Shown: piece after piece, positions 19,181 to 27,877 of the stretch
Position numbering within the stretch: position 1 is the stretch's first letter
How the letters are laid out: the number at the start of each line of letters is the position of its first letter
IMG/VR virus record: IMGVR_UViG_3300021137_000001
Coordinates: 186,001 to 250,000 of that record
DNA: 64,000 bases
Direction: 5' to 3' (one strand)
The notes under the pieces: generated by a model
What the model was told of the DNA's origin: nothing
Seen by the model: only the letters and a program-made list of their open reading frames with translations
The model's database searches: none
Made by a program: the position numbers and the translations under genes

Positions 19181-20005
19181 ATGAAAAGATTTCTAATAGC
19201 AATAGCATTAATCGCAGTAAGTTTTAACAGTTATGCATGGAATCAACGTGCGCCAGGTACAATACAACAATGTCAACAACATATTCCATATGGTGCCGAA
19301 TCATCAGCAATGCCATTACAACCAATATGCCGTCAAGCATATCTAGTTGAATACGATGTTGCAAATAAGATTCCAAACAATGTAAGTTGGACACTACAAC
19401 CACAAAATGCACTTGGTTGTGTTGCTCGTTCAAATGCATTTGCAGCAGATCAAAGTGTTCCGAATGGTGCATCACCTGCAGAGTATGCAGGTACAAACTA
19501 CGATAAAGGACATATGGCTCCAGATGGTGATCAATCGTGGGACCAACAAGTTGAATTTGAATCATTCTTAATGACTAACATGAATCCACAAGCAGGTTCG
19601 TTAAATCGTGGTATTTGGAAACTATTAGAAACATCATTTCGTGGCTGGGCATATCAATTAAACACACCATTTACAGCATACGCAGGTGCGTTATACAATG
19701 CACAAGATAAAACAATTGGTAAAGGCATACGGGTAAGTCATGCATATTATAAAATTGTAATCAATGATAAAACTGGTGAAGTAGCAGGTTGGTTATTTCC
19801 ACATGTTGCACCATATCCAAATCTTGGCAACGACTTAACTAAATTCCGCACACCAATTGCACAAATCGAACAACAAGCTGGTGTTAAGTTTGCATTTCCA
19901 GCAAATGCTAAAGAACTTGCTCCGGGACAAGAGTGGAAAGTTGACTTTGGTGCACTAACAAACCAAAAACGTAAGTTATGTGGTGCTAACGCAACAACTG
20001 ATTAA
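19181..20005 (+). CDS. Secreted DNA/RNA non-specific endonuclease (NucA/Serratia family)
   Basis: Signal peptide, YDKGHMAP, ESFLMTNMNPQ, LNRGIWKLLE. Confidence 0.9.
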   Translation: MKRFLIAIALIAVSFNSYAWNQRAPGTIQQCQQHIPYGAESSAMPLQPICRQAYLVEYDVANKIPNNVSWTLQPQNALGCVARSNAFAADQSVPNGASPAEYAGTNYDKGHMAPDGDQSWDQQVEFESFLMTNMNPQAGSLNRGIWKLLETSFRGWAYQLNTPFTAYAGALYNAQDKTIGKGIRVSHAYYKIVINDKTGEVAGWLFPHVAPYPNLGNDLTKFRTPIAQIEQQAGVKFAFPANAKELAPGQEWKVDFGALTNQKRKLCGANATTD

Positions 20006-20008
20006 TAG

Positions 20009-20054
20009 TTGACATAACATCAACGAAGTGCTACACTTAATAAAGTAGCACTTC
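20009..20054 (+). promoter_or_regulatory. Sigma70-type promoter overlapped by a 10-bp inverted repeat
   Basis: TTGACA-N17-TACACT; GAAGTGCTAC (20025-34) / GTAGCACTTC (20045-54). Confidence 0.55.
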
Positions 20055-20072
20055 ATTTTAAAGGATTCTTCA

Positions 20073-20462
20073 ATGGTAGACACAACAACTGCACCACCAA
20101 CAACAGATACACGCCCGTGGGGATTTCATGCAATCATGGATTGTGCTAACTGCAATTCAGCAAAAATTACAGATTTATCTAATATTTCTGCATGGTTAGT
20201 AGATGTATTACAAAAAACTAACTTAACATCAGTAGGTACTGCAACAGTGGTTGCTACAGATGCTGGTTATACCGCAGTGCAAATACTTACAACTGGCACA
20301 ATTACAGCACAGTTTGTAGACACACACAATCAAGTTTATATCGATGTGTTTAGTAATACCGAATATAACCCAGTCGAACTTGAAACTTCAATCAAAACAT
20401 TTTTTGATGTTATTGATACAGACATCAAAAAGATATTAATTCCTCGTAACGCCACAGTATAA
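20073..20462 (+). CDS. S-adenosylmethionine decarboxylase (SpeD)-fold protein, apparently catalytically degenerate
   Basis: WGFHAIMDC..C, GYTAVQ, YIDVFS present, but the self-cleavage Ser, His and Cys appear replaced. Confidence 0.65.
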   Translation: MVDTTTAPPTTDTRPWGFHAIMDCANCNSAKITDLSNISAWLVDVLQKTNLTSVGTATVVATDAGYTAVQILTTGTITAQFVDTHNQVYIDVFSNTEYNPVELETSIKTFFDVIDTDIKKILIPRNATV

Positions 20463-20494
20463 ACTCATTGTAGTATTTTAAATAAATACTTAAT

Positions 20495-21859
20495 ATGAGA
20501 ATAATTGACCTATTAACCGAAGCCGTGAGCAGTGTAGTATACCACTACACTAATCTCGATGCCGCCGCAAAGATACTTACAACAGGGCAGTTTGCACTTA
20601 GCTCGACTCTTGGAAGTATAGAAGAAAAGTTTGCTCCGAAAGGTCTGCCATACTTTCTAAGTACAACACGTACAAGACGCGGAGGATATCACTCTAACGC
20701 AATCGGTGATGGTGCCGCAATGTTTAACTTAGATGGCAACTATTACAATCAGCGTTACAAAGGTGGCCCAATTGATTATTGGGGCGACAGACATAATGAC
20801 TATGGTCGTACCGCAGAAGCCGAGGATAGAATATTTAGTAAAGAACCAACAATGCCTGCTGGTGGCATTACATCAGTACATATATTTGTTAAGCCATTAC
20901 CGGTTGCAGCAGTACCGGGTTCATCAGTTGACATACGTGCCCGTGAATCGATATCTAGTTATGCCGCACGTGCTCGTACTGCATTGTTAGCTGCTAAGAA
21001 AGCCGGCATACCTGCATACTTGTACGAAGATAGACTAGGTTGGGTAAATCAAGACCCTACTGCACGTATAGCAATCACTGGTTCACGTGATACATTACGT
21101 GGACAAATTCCAATGTACAATCCAAGTCACCCACCAAGACAGTATATGGCTAAGTGGTTAGAGTTAATGTACAAAGATAGCACTAAAGCACTTAGCACAC
21201 AAAACTTTGGCGATTTACATTCGTTAATATACAATGATCCATATTGGCTTAAAGAGATGGTTACAAGTTTATCATCCGATTTAAGTAATGCTCGCAAACC
21301 ATCAGCTGGGGCAGATAGAGAAGTTGCTGTTAAAATTATTTCGTATATGAATCGACATGGCTTACATACAGTAACAGACTTTATTATGGCATTGCGTAAA
21401 AAGTGGACGATAATTAAAAACAAAGAGCAAGAAGCAAAGTATGATGCTGAACAAGCCGACTACGCAAAGTTTCAAGCAAAAGAAAAAGCAGCACAGCCAG
21501 AGTTAGCAGAGTCAACCAATCCTAAGTCAGCATCACCTGATGAAATTTTTGATTATATAGAAAGCATACACACTGGTCCGGGTTTACACGATACTAACGA
21601 TGATGAACTAAGTACAGAAGAATGGGTACATCAGTTTGATTCATTTGAATTACAACCAGTCAACTTATCAACACTTGCGTTAAAAGCAGGTTCAAACAAA
21701 CAAGCAAAAATAGATCAATACGCACAAAGTCAAGAAGAGTTCCCACCAATTGTAATAGACGGTTCAAGTGATTGGATTATTGATGGGTATCATCGTGCTA
21801 ATGCAGCCGCACAACGTGGCGACACAACAATAATGGCATACGTAGGAGTAGGAAGATGA
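20495..21859 (+). CDS. Two-module protein with C-terminal ParB/Srx-like domain
   Basis: Leader MRIIDLLTE|A; junction LAE|S; PPIVID..IIDGYHRANAA. Confidence 0.7.
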   Translation: MRIIDLLTEAVSSVVYHYTNLDAAAKILTTGQFALSSTLGSIEEKFAPKGLPYFLSTTRTRRGGYHSNAIGDGAAMFNLDGNYYNQRYKGGPIDYWGDRHNDYGRTAEAEDRIFSKEPTMPAGGITSVHIFVKPLPVAAVPGSSVDIRARESISSYAARARTALLAAKKAGIPAYLYEDRLGWVNQDPTARIAITGSRDTLRGQIPMYNPSHPPRQYMAKWLELMYKDSTKALSTQNFGDLHSLIYNDPYWLKEMVTSLSSDLSNARKPSAGADREVAVKIISYMNRHGLHTVTDFIMALRKKWTIIKNKEQEAKYDAEQADYAKFQAKEKAAQPELAESTNPKSASPDEIFDYIESIHTGPGLHDTNDDELSTEEWVHQFDSFELQPVNLSTLALKAGSNKQAKIDQYAQSQEEFPPIVIDGSSDWIIDGYHRANAAAQRGDTTIMAYVGVGR

Positions 21860-22593
21860 AAATAACAGAAGGTGGAAATGTATTTAAGTTAGCTGACGGT
21901 TCTCCTGCAACACAACGAATAAACAAAGCCGATGTATTGCCTACTGTACAATGGTTAGAACAACTAACTGGACTTAATTTAGTCGATAATATGCTTGGGT
22001 CTACTGGATACAAAGAAACAAGTGGTGATTTGGATCTTGCTGTTGACGGAAGTAAAATTAGTAAAGATGTACTTGTACAACAATTATTAAAGAAAGGCAT
22101 CGAGCCAACTGATATTAAAAAGACTGGCGATAGTGTACATTTAAAAACTCCAATCAATGGCGAAGGAAAGTTCGGATTTGTACAGACCGACTTTATGATA
22201 GGAGATCCAAACTTCCAACGTTTTAGCATGACAGGTAGCCCAGAAGGTAGTCCATTCAAAGGTATGCATCGTCATGTATTACTTGCTAGTATTGCCAAAG
22301 CACAAGGCATGAAATGGTCATACAAAAATGGCCTAATGGATAGAGCAACTAACGAAGTTATTTCAAAAGATCCATCTGAAATAGCACACAAATTATTTAA
22401 TGGTAGTGCGGCTGATTTAGCATCAGTTGAAACTATACTTGCTAAGATTAAAAATCGTCCCGACTACAATGCACTAGTAGCAGACGCAAAAGAAACACTA
22501 GGTAAAGAAAATGTACAATTGCCAGAAACACAACAAGCAACAGTAAGCGAAGGTTCGGCAGCATGGTTTAAAAACTGGAAGGCAGTGCTGTGA
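21856..22593 (+). CDS. Pol-beta superfamily nucleotidyltransferase-like protein
   Basis: LGSTG..SGDLDLAVD, VQTDFM; leader MKITE|GG. Confidence 0.7.
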   Translation: MKITEGGNVFKLADGSPATQRINKADVLPTVQWLEQLTGLNLVDNMLGSTGYKETSGDLDLAVDGSKISKDVLVQQLLKKGIEPTDIKKTGDSVHLKTPINGEGKFGFVQTDFMIGDPNFQRFSMTGSPEGSPFKGMHRHVLLASIAKAQGMKWSYKNGLMDRATNEVISKDPSEIAHKLFNGSAADLASVETILAKIKNRPDYNALVADAKETLGKENVQLPETQQATVSEGSAAWFKNWKAVL

Positions 22594-23045
22594 GAGCAAG
22601 AGAGTTTATTATAGAAGGAAAGTTTAATTGGAATGAGTATGCAAGTATTCCAATTAAAGATCGGATTACTATAATCGAATCATTGTTAACAAATAAAAAT
22701 CTACTAGAATCTAATGATATTGAGTATGCAGATTTTTTTCAAGAATTGATCAATTCATCAATTCACGCAGTCAACGGAAATTCGTATATAGTATGTGTAA
22801 TAGCATTAGTAAGTAATACCGTTATCTTAGTAGAACCACCTGTAACCGGCGAGCTCGTTGACACCCTAAACGATGAATATAAAATCAAAACAAGTACTGG
22901 TATTAAAGATTTTCCAGACAATTATCACTGGAGGGAGATGTTAGCTCATACTTTCTTTTTTAATAATCGGGATGAATATAATAAATTTAGAACAGTAATA
23001 AAATTAAGATTTAATAAAGATTTACCGGATACAGGTATAAAATAA
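22590..23045 (+). CDS. Hypothetical protein, paralog of 24806-25309
   Basis: GTG start, leader MRAREFIIE|G; C-terminal FFFN..EYNKFRTVIKLRFNKDLP. Confidence 0.75.
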   Translation: MRAREFIIEGKFNWNEYASIPIKDRITIIESLLTNKNLLESNDIEYADFFQELINSSIHAVNGNSYIVCVIALVSNTVILVEPPVTGELVDTLNDEYKIKTSTGIKDFPDNYHWREMLAHTFFFNNRDEYNKFRTVIKLRFNKDLPDTGIK

Positions 23046-23047
23046 TT

Positions 23048-23878
23048 ATGAGAGCGATCGAATTCATTATCGAGGATTATAAAACTGCAAAAGTAGCTTT
23101 TGTCAATCAGGGTATAAATCCAGATGACGTAACACAAGCGTTAACTGATTATAAATCATTAGTAACTAGAAATCAATTTAAAGATCAAGAAAAGAATATT
23201 GATTGGTGGGTAAAAAATAAACCGTGGGCAGAATTTAAGCAGGCTGTTGAAAAGCAAATTATTACTCCATCTACTACGCAAATTAAACGAGCAACACTAA
23301 GCGGTAATGCAATCGATTTATCCAATGAGTTAGGCTTACAAGGCAAATGGCAAATTGTTGTCCCACTTGATATTGATGCTAGTTGTCATTATGGTAAAAA
23401 CACAGATTGGTGTACTGCTAAACGCACACCGTTGTATGGTTCGTATATTGCAAAAGGCACTATTTTAATATATTGCCAATATCTAAAAACTAATAAAAAA
23501 TGGGCAATTAGTGTAATTGGTAATAGAGCACAAGCATACACAGCAAATGATTATCCAATGGAAGATGGGCAATTTGATAAAGCAACTGGTCTTAATATTG
23601 ATACTATTGTATCTGCTGCAAAGAAACATTTAGGTGAGATTTTATCCGCCAGAGACAAATTAATAAAAATTGACCCGTGGGTTGCATATCCGTATGTGAG
23701 AGATATACTTAAACAACGTAGTCCAGAATTAGAAAAAGTAGTTATGCAAGATCCAATGGCAGCGGCAAGATATGCTCGTGATGTTATTAACGGTGAATGG
23801 CCCGAAGCTGAACAACTAATTAGTTCTGATCCAACCGCTGCTGCATTTTATAATAAGAATACAGGACGTAGCGAATGA
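23048..23878 (+). CDS. Hypothetical protein with CxYGxxTxWCT domain and C-terminal helical repeats
   Basis: Leader MRAIEFIIE|D; IVVP..ASCHYGKNTDWCTA; DP..A..YARDVI.G.WPEAE repeats. Confidence 0.75.
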   Translation: MRAIEFIIEDYKTAKVAFVNQGINPDDVTQALTDYKSLVTRNQFKDQEKNIDWWVKNKPWAEFKQAVEKQIITPSTTQIKRATLSGNAIDLSNELGLQGKWQIVVPLDIDASCHYGKNTDWCTAKRTPLYGSYIAKGTILIYCQYLKTNKKWAISVIGNRAQAYTANDYPMEDGQFDKATGLNIDTIVSAAKKHLGEILSARDKLIKIDPWVAYPYVRDILKQRSPELEKVVMQDPMAAARYARDVINGEWPEAEQLISSDPTAAAFYNKNTGRSE

Positions 23879-24816
23879 GAGCAAGAGAATTTATCTTAGA
23901 GGGTGGATGGGCAAGTACTTTAACACAAGGTACACACATTACACCTGCGTTAGTTGATGTTGTAGTACAATCAATGCCTGCGTTACAACAAGCACTAAAT
24001 GCCTTCTTAAAAACTAAAGACCTGGCACCTGTTAAGATTGGCACACCTGTTGGTAGTACAACATACTACAAGAGAGATCTTGCGCAAAATCCAACTCGTG
24101 AGTACGGCGATATTGATGTTAACTTCTTTGTGCCTCGTTTACCCAATATGTCAGACAATGCAAATGAACAAACATACAGTGCCGCAATTAAAGAGTTTTG
24201 CGATAGTAATCCAAACTATTCAACTAACAACGGTACGAATGTTATAATTAGAGTGGGCGATCAATATGTACAAGTTGACTTTGTTACTTCGTACTATGAA
24301 AATGAACAGTGGAGTCGTGCATTAGGTCCAGAATACAATGTCAAGGGTGTACTAAGCGCAAGTTTATATTCATCATTGGCAGAAGCATTAAATCTTAGTT
24401 TTGGCGGACGTGGTGTACAAGTTAAATTACAAAATGGCGTTCCGGTTAGTTTTAGACAAACTAAAGATACAGAGCTTAAAACCGTAACAAACAATCCCGA
24501 CACTTGGGCAATTGATATTGCTAAGTTTCTTGGCGCAAAAACTATTAGTCCACGTTTAGCCAAATATCCGGGCATGGGCGACGAAATAAAGACACTAAAC
24601 ACTATTAACAGTATTGTTGGCATTGCCGAAAGTTTAAACAAACCTGAGTTAATAGAACAGGTGAAAGCAATCTACATAAGTAAAATAAGCAAGGCAGTTA
24701 ATAGTAGTAAGTTTGACAAGGCGGCTACTCCAGAAGCAATTAAAAAAGCCGAAGATACTAAAGCATTATTGACTAGAGAAGCACAACGTATATTAGGACA
24801 GTTCGATGCGATTTAA
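23875..24816 (+). CDS. Pol-beta superfamily nucleotidyltransferase-like protein
   Basis: VGST...YGDIDV, VQVDFV; leader MRAREFILE|GG. Confidence 0.7.
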   Translation: MRAREFILEGGWASTLTQGTHITPALVDVVVQSMPALQQALNAFLKTKDLAPVKIGTPVGSTTYYKRDLAQNPTREYGDIDVNFFVPRLPNMSDNANEQTYSAAIKEFCDSNPNYSTNNGTNVIIRVGDQYVQVDFVTSYYENEQWSRALGPEYNVKGVLSASLYSSLAEALNLSFGGRGVQVKLQNGVPVSFRQTKDTELKTVTNNPDTWAIDIAKFLGAKTISPRLAKYPGMGDEIKTLNTINSIVGIAESLNKPELIEQVKAIYISKISKAVNSSKFDKAATPEAIKKAEDTKALLTREAQRILGQFDAI

Positions 24817-25320
24817 AGAGATATTAAACGAAGTTACAGTGTGTTGGGATGGGATATCAATATCATCAATGAGCGATAAACTGAAATTTTTTGAACAATA
24901 TTGCTCAAAAAAGTCATATCTTAGAGAATCAATTGATACATCCGATGTAGAAATATTTGAATCATTATCACATTATGCCACATCTCCTGTTGTAAATAAT
25001 TGGTATATCGGTGCGTTATTAATGTTATTAGAGAATAATAATGTTATTCCATTCAATGACGCACAAATTTTAAAATACACAGGCACAAGTACAGGAGCAG
25101 ACGGTATTATCATTATACATTTTCTTAAAGAAGATGGTACCAAAGGAACATGGCCGGATTCGGTCCTCTCAGAGAAAAGTTATTATAAATCATTTCTATT
25201 CGATTCAACCGCACAGTATGATATATTTAGATCAGCAGTAGCATTAAGATATAGTAAACCATTGCCAAAAATTGAGTCGGACAAATTAGGAAAGCAAGAT
25301 GCGATTTAAAGAGATATTAA
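24792..25320 (+). repeat. Direct repeat covering SD, start and leader codons (24792-24827 and 25285-25320)
   Basis: Identical 23-mer GATGCGATTTAAAGAGATATTAA at 24805 and 25298, each preceded by ATTAGGAxAG. Confidence 0.9.
24806..25309 (+). CDS. Hypothetical protein, paralog of 22590-23045
   Basis: Leader MRFKEILNE|V; FLFD..QYDIFRSAVALRYSKPLP. Confidence 0.75.
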   Translation: MRFKEILNEVTVCWDGISISSMSDKLKFFEQYCSKKSYLRESIDTSDVEIFESLSHYATSPVVNNWYIGALLMLLENNNVIPFNDAQILKYTGTSTGADGIIIIHFLKEDGTKGTWPDSVLSEKSYYKSFLFDSTAQYDIFRSAVALRYSKPLPKIESDKLGKQDAI

Positions 25321-26633
25321 GAGAGTATAGTAGAGAGAAAACTGCTAACGTGTTTGGCAAGAAACTTATTGCGGCACTACTAGCAGAAAAGGGATTGAAC
25401 TATGGTGGAGCGGGGTTTCATCAAATCTTATCTGACATTAGATTTAGAATACAACAAAAGTTAAAGATTGGCTCACCGCTTGATGCCGAACAAGAAGACT
25501 TAACTGCTAAACAAATACTACACGCCATCGAACAAGGCGATCCAACACCAAATAAAGAGTATGTACAGTGGCTGGCAAAATGCTATGCAAATGAAGGCGT
25601 AAAGCTGGAAGATATCGTCAGTAAAGGGGCAGATTGGCTCAAAACTTACGCTCAATTGAAGGTTAAACGTCTACTACCACCAAATGTCACAAACATAATG
25701 AATTTGAAGTTTGCACAGTTGCCAGACGTTGTATTCGACGAAGAGCTTGTTAGCAAACTACAAGCGGCGGAAGATAAGACAGCAGACAAAGGTAAGGCAA
25801 CTACAGTATTTGAGAATGGCGCAGTACGTATTATTGTACCACAAGATGAAACTTCAGCTTGCTACTATGGACAAGGTACACGTTGGTGTACTGCGGCACG
25901 TGCAAACAATATGTATGATAACTATGCTCGTGATGGCGACTTATATATAATGTTGCCAAAACAACCTAAGTATGATGGCGAGAAGTATCAATTGCATTTT
26001 GCTAGTGGACAGTTCATGGACGAGGGTGATAGTCCAGTGAGTGATATGATTGCGTTATTAACTGGTCGCTTTGGCGATGATGTCATGACGTTTTTCTTTA
26101 ATAAAGAGCCAATGATTAAACAATGGATTGTAGTTACTCCAGCAGAAATATTACAACCATTAATAGATCAAATTGCTGACATCGCTAGCGACTACATAAA
26201 CGATAAAATAAGTGATTGGGAAATGGAAGATGACTATTACTACAACGAGCTACGTGAAAAGGGCTATGTTGACGAAGATGGTGATGTTGACTGGACCAGA
26301 GTTGAAAAAGATGGCATGTCTTGGTTAGAAACTAATGATGAGGCGCAGGAATGGCTTAGTAGAGCACAAGATGCTGTTAGACCAAGTATTGATAGATTAC
26401 GCGATGCGGCACAAGAGTGGGCTGAAGACAATGGTGAGGAATGTACGCTACATCAGTTAGATAGTTTAGTGGCCAGTATTGTTATAGAAGAATTTACATC
26501 ACGTCGTGGCAATACTGAAGATGGTGGGCTATCTGAGTGGATGGAAAAACATATTCAAATACGTGCATCAACTCCATCACAACAAGCTGCGGGCGAGCCG
26601 CAGTGGAAAGCTGAATATACTAAAGGGCAATAA
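25299..26633 (+). CDS. Hypothetical protein with CxYGxxTxWCT domain, paralog of 23048-23878
   Basis: Leader MRFKEILRE|Y; IIVP..SACYYGQGTRWCTA; acidic C-terminus. Confidence 0.75.
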   Translation: MRFKEILREYSREKTANVFGKKLIAALLAEKGLNYGGAGFHQILSDIRFRIQQKLKIGSPLDAEQEDLTAKQILHAIEQGDPTPNKEYVQWLAKCYANEGVKLEDIVSKGADWLKTYAQLKVKRLLPPNVTNIMNLKFAQLPDVVFDEELVSKLQAAEDKTADKGKATTVFENGAVRIIVPQDETSACYYGQGTRWCTAARANNMYDNYARDGDLYIMLPKQPKYDGEKYQLHFASGQFMDEGDSPVSDMIALLTGRFGDDVMTFFFNKEPMIKQWIVVTPAEILQPLIDQIADIASDYINDKISDWEMEDDYYYNELREKGYVDEDGDVDWTRVEKDGMSWLETNDEAQEWLSRAQDAVRPSIDRLRDAAQEWAEDNGEECTLHQLDSLVASIVIEEFTSRRGNTEDGGLSEWMEKHIQIRASTPSQQAAGEPQWKAEYTKGQ

Positions 26634-27742
26634 TGAAATTATCAGACGTACATCGTAAAACAAACAGAGTTGACTGTACATTTGACGGCAGTTGGACAGC
26701 ACCATCTACGATTGTAGTTAAAGCAGTGCTTAAACAAGAACACAAAGATTGGACTAACGAGTGGGAAAAAGAAGTTATGCGTGGAGAAGCATTATTAAAT
26801 GTTTCATCACATACACTTTATGTTAGTCGCATCGACGCTCGACCATCGGGACAAGGCTTCGGTGGTGAAATGCTTAAATGTATTATTGAACATGCACGTG
26901 CGCATAAGATTCCCCGTATTGAAACATACGTTGAAAACAACAATGCTGATTCACGTAACTTATTTAGAAAAGCGGGCTTTGAAGAAATGCCCGGAACAGA
27001 TGGCGGAAGATGGCGTCTGGACTTAACAACTAACGAAGCACGTATACCTAAAGATGTTGTAAAGAATAATGTTGCTTATCACAATGAACTTAATCCAGCG
27101 GCATGGGATGGTGATCATTTAAATCCAGAAGTAAAAGATCGTTTACTAGAAATTGCTGAACGTTTTGTTAGTTATTTAGAAATCCCAGACTTTAAAGTAT
27201 TAGACATTGTACTAACTGGTAGTATGTCTAACTATAACTGGACTAAGTTTAGTGACTTTGACCTACACGTAATTACAAATTATAGTGATTTAAAATGCGA
27301 TAACATTGTAGCAGAGTTTTATCACGCTAAGAAAAAGATATGGAATGATGATCACGATATTACTATCTATGGTTATGATACTGAGTTGTATGTTGAAGAT
27401 TCTAAAAACCCACCAGTTAGTGAAGGTGTGTATAGTATACTAAATGACGAATGGGTTAAGACTCCTACATATAGTCCGCCAAGTATTAACAACAATGCTG
27501 TTAATGCCAAGGTTAGAGATTTAATTAATCAAATCGATACTGCTATTAGTACAGCAGATGACCCAGCAGACATTAAACGTATATCAGACAAACTTGCTAA
27601 AATGCGCAGAGCAGGCTTAGATGAAGCCGGTGAGTTTAGTACAGAGAACTTGGCGTTTAAAATATTACGTAACATGAAATACATTGATAGATTACACAAA
27701 GCATATCATCAGCAACAAGATGATGAACTTAGTTTGAAATAA
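26633..27742 (+). CDS. GNAT acetyltransferase fused to a nucleotidyltransferase
   Basis: SGQGFGGEML, NADSRNLFRKAGF (GNAT); LTGSMSNYNW..SDFDLH (NTase); junction TNE|A. Confidence 0.8.
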   Translation: MKLSDVHRKTNRVDCTFDGSWTAPSTIVVKAVLKQEHKDWTNEWEKEVMRGEALLNVSSHTLYVSRIDARPSGQGFGGEMLKCIIEHARAHKIPRIETYVENNNADSRNLFRKAGFEEMPGTDGGRWRLDLTTNEARIPKDVVKNNVAYHNELNPAAWDGDHLNPEVKDRLLEIAERFVSYLEIPDFKVLDIVLTGSMSNYNWTKFSDFDLHVITNYSDLKCDNIVAEFYHAKKKIWNDDHDITIYGYDTELYVEDSKNPPVSEGVYSILNDEWVKTPTYSPPSINNNAVNAKVRDLINQIDTAISTADDPADIKRISDKLAKMRRAGLDEAGEFSTENLAFKILRNMKYIDRLHKAYHQQQDDELSLK

Positions 27743-27747
27743 AATTA

Positions 27748-27834
27748 TCACCTTAGGACCGGTAATTCGTTACCGCAGGTGGGGCGGCTACTGCCCTGGG
27801 GAAACAATTCGCTACTGCGTACCCTAAAAGTAGC
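27748..27834 (+). ncRNA. Candidate structured ncRNA with rRNA-complementary segments
   Basis: GC-rich island in an AT-rich intergenic gap; CACCU/AGGUG stem, CGGUAA-UUCG-UUACCG hairpin, GGGC/GCCC hairpin, possible GCUACU/AGUAGC pseudoknot. Confidence 0.65.
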
Positions 27835-27849
27835 AACTTGATTTCTGTA

Positions 27850-27856
27850 ATAAATA
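27850..27856 (+). promoter_or_regulatory. T4-late-like (T)ATAAATA promoter motif, representative copy
   Basis: ATAAATA sits shortly upstream of starts at 2238, 9441, 12480, 16103, 19155, 20482, 27850, 55928 and 57429, and on the minus strand before all five endonuclease genes. Confidence 0.65.
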
Positions 27857-27877
27857 CACTATAATAAGAGAATCCTG

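Noticed and set aside
27748-27834. tRNA, hammerhead ribozyme or intrinsic terminator
   Set aside because: No cloverleaf, T-loop or CCA; no CUGANGA core; no U tract after the stems.
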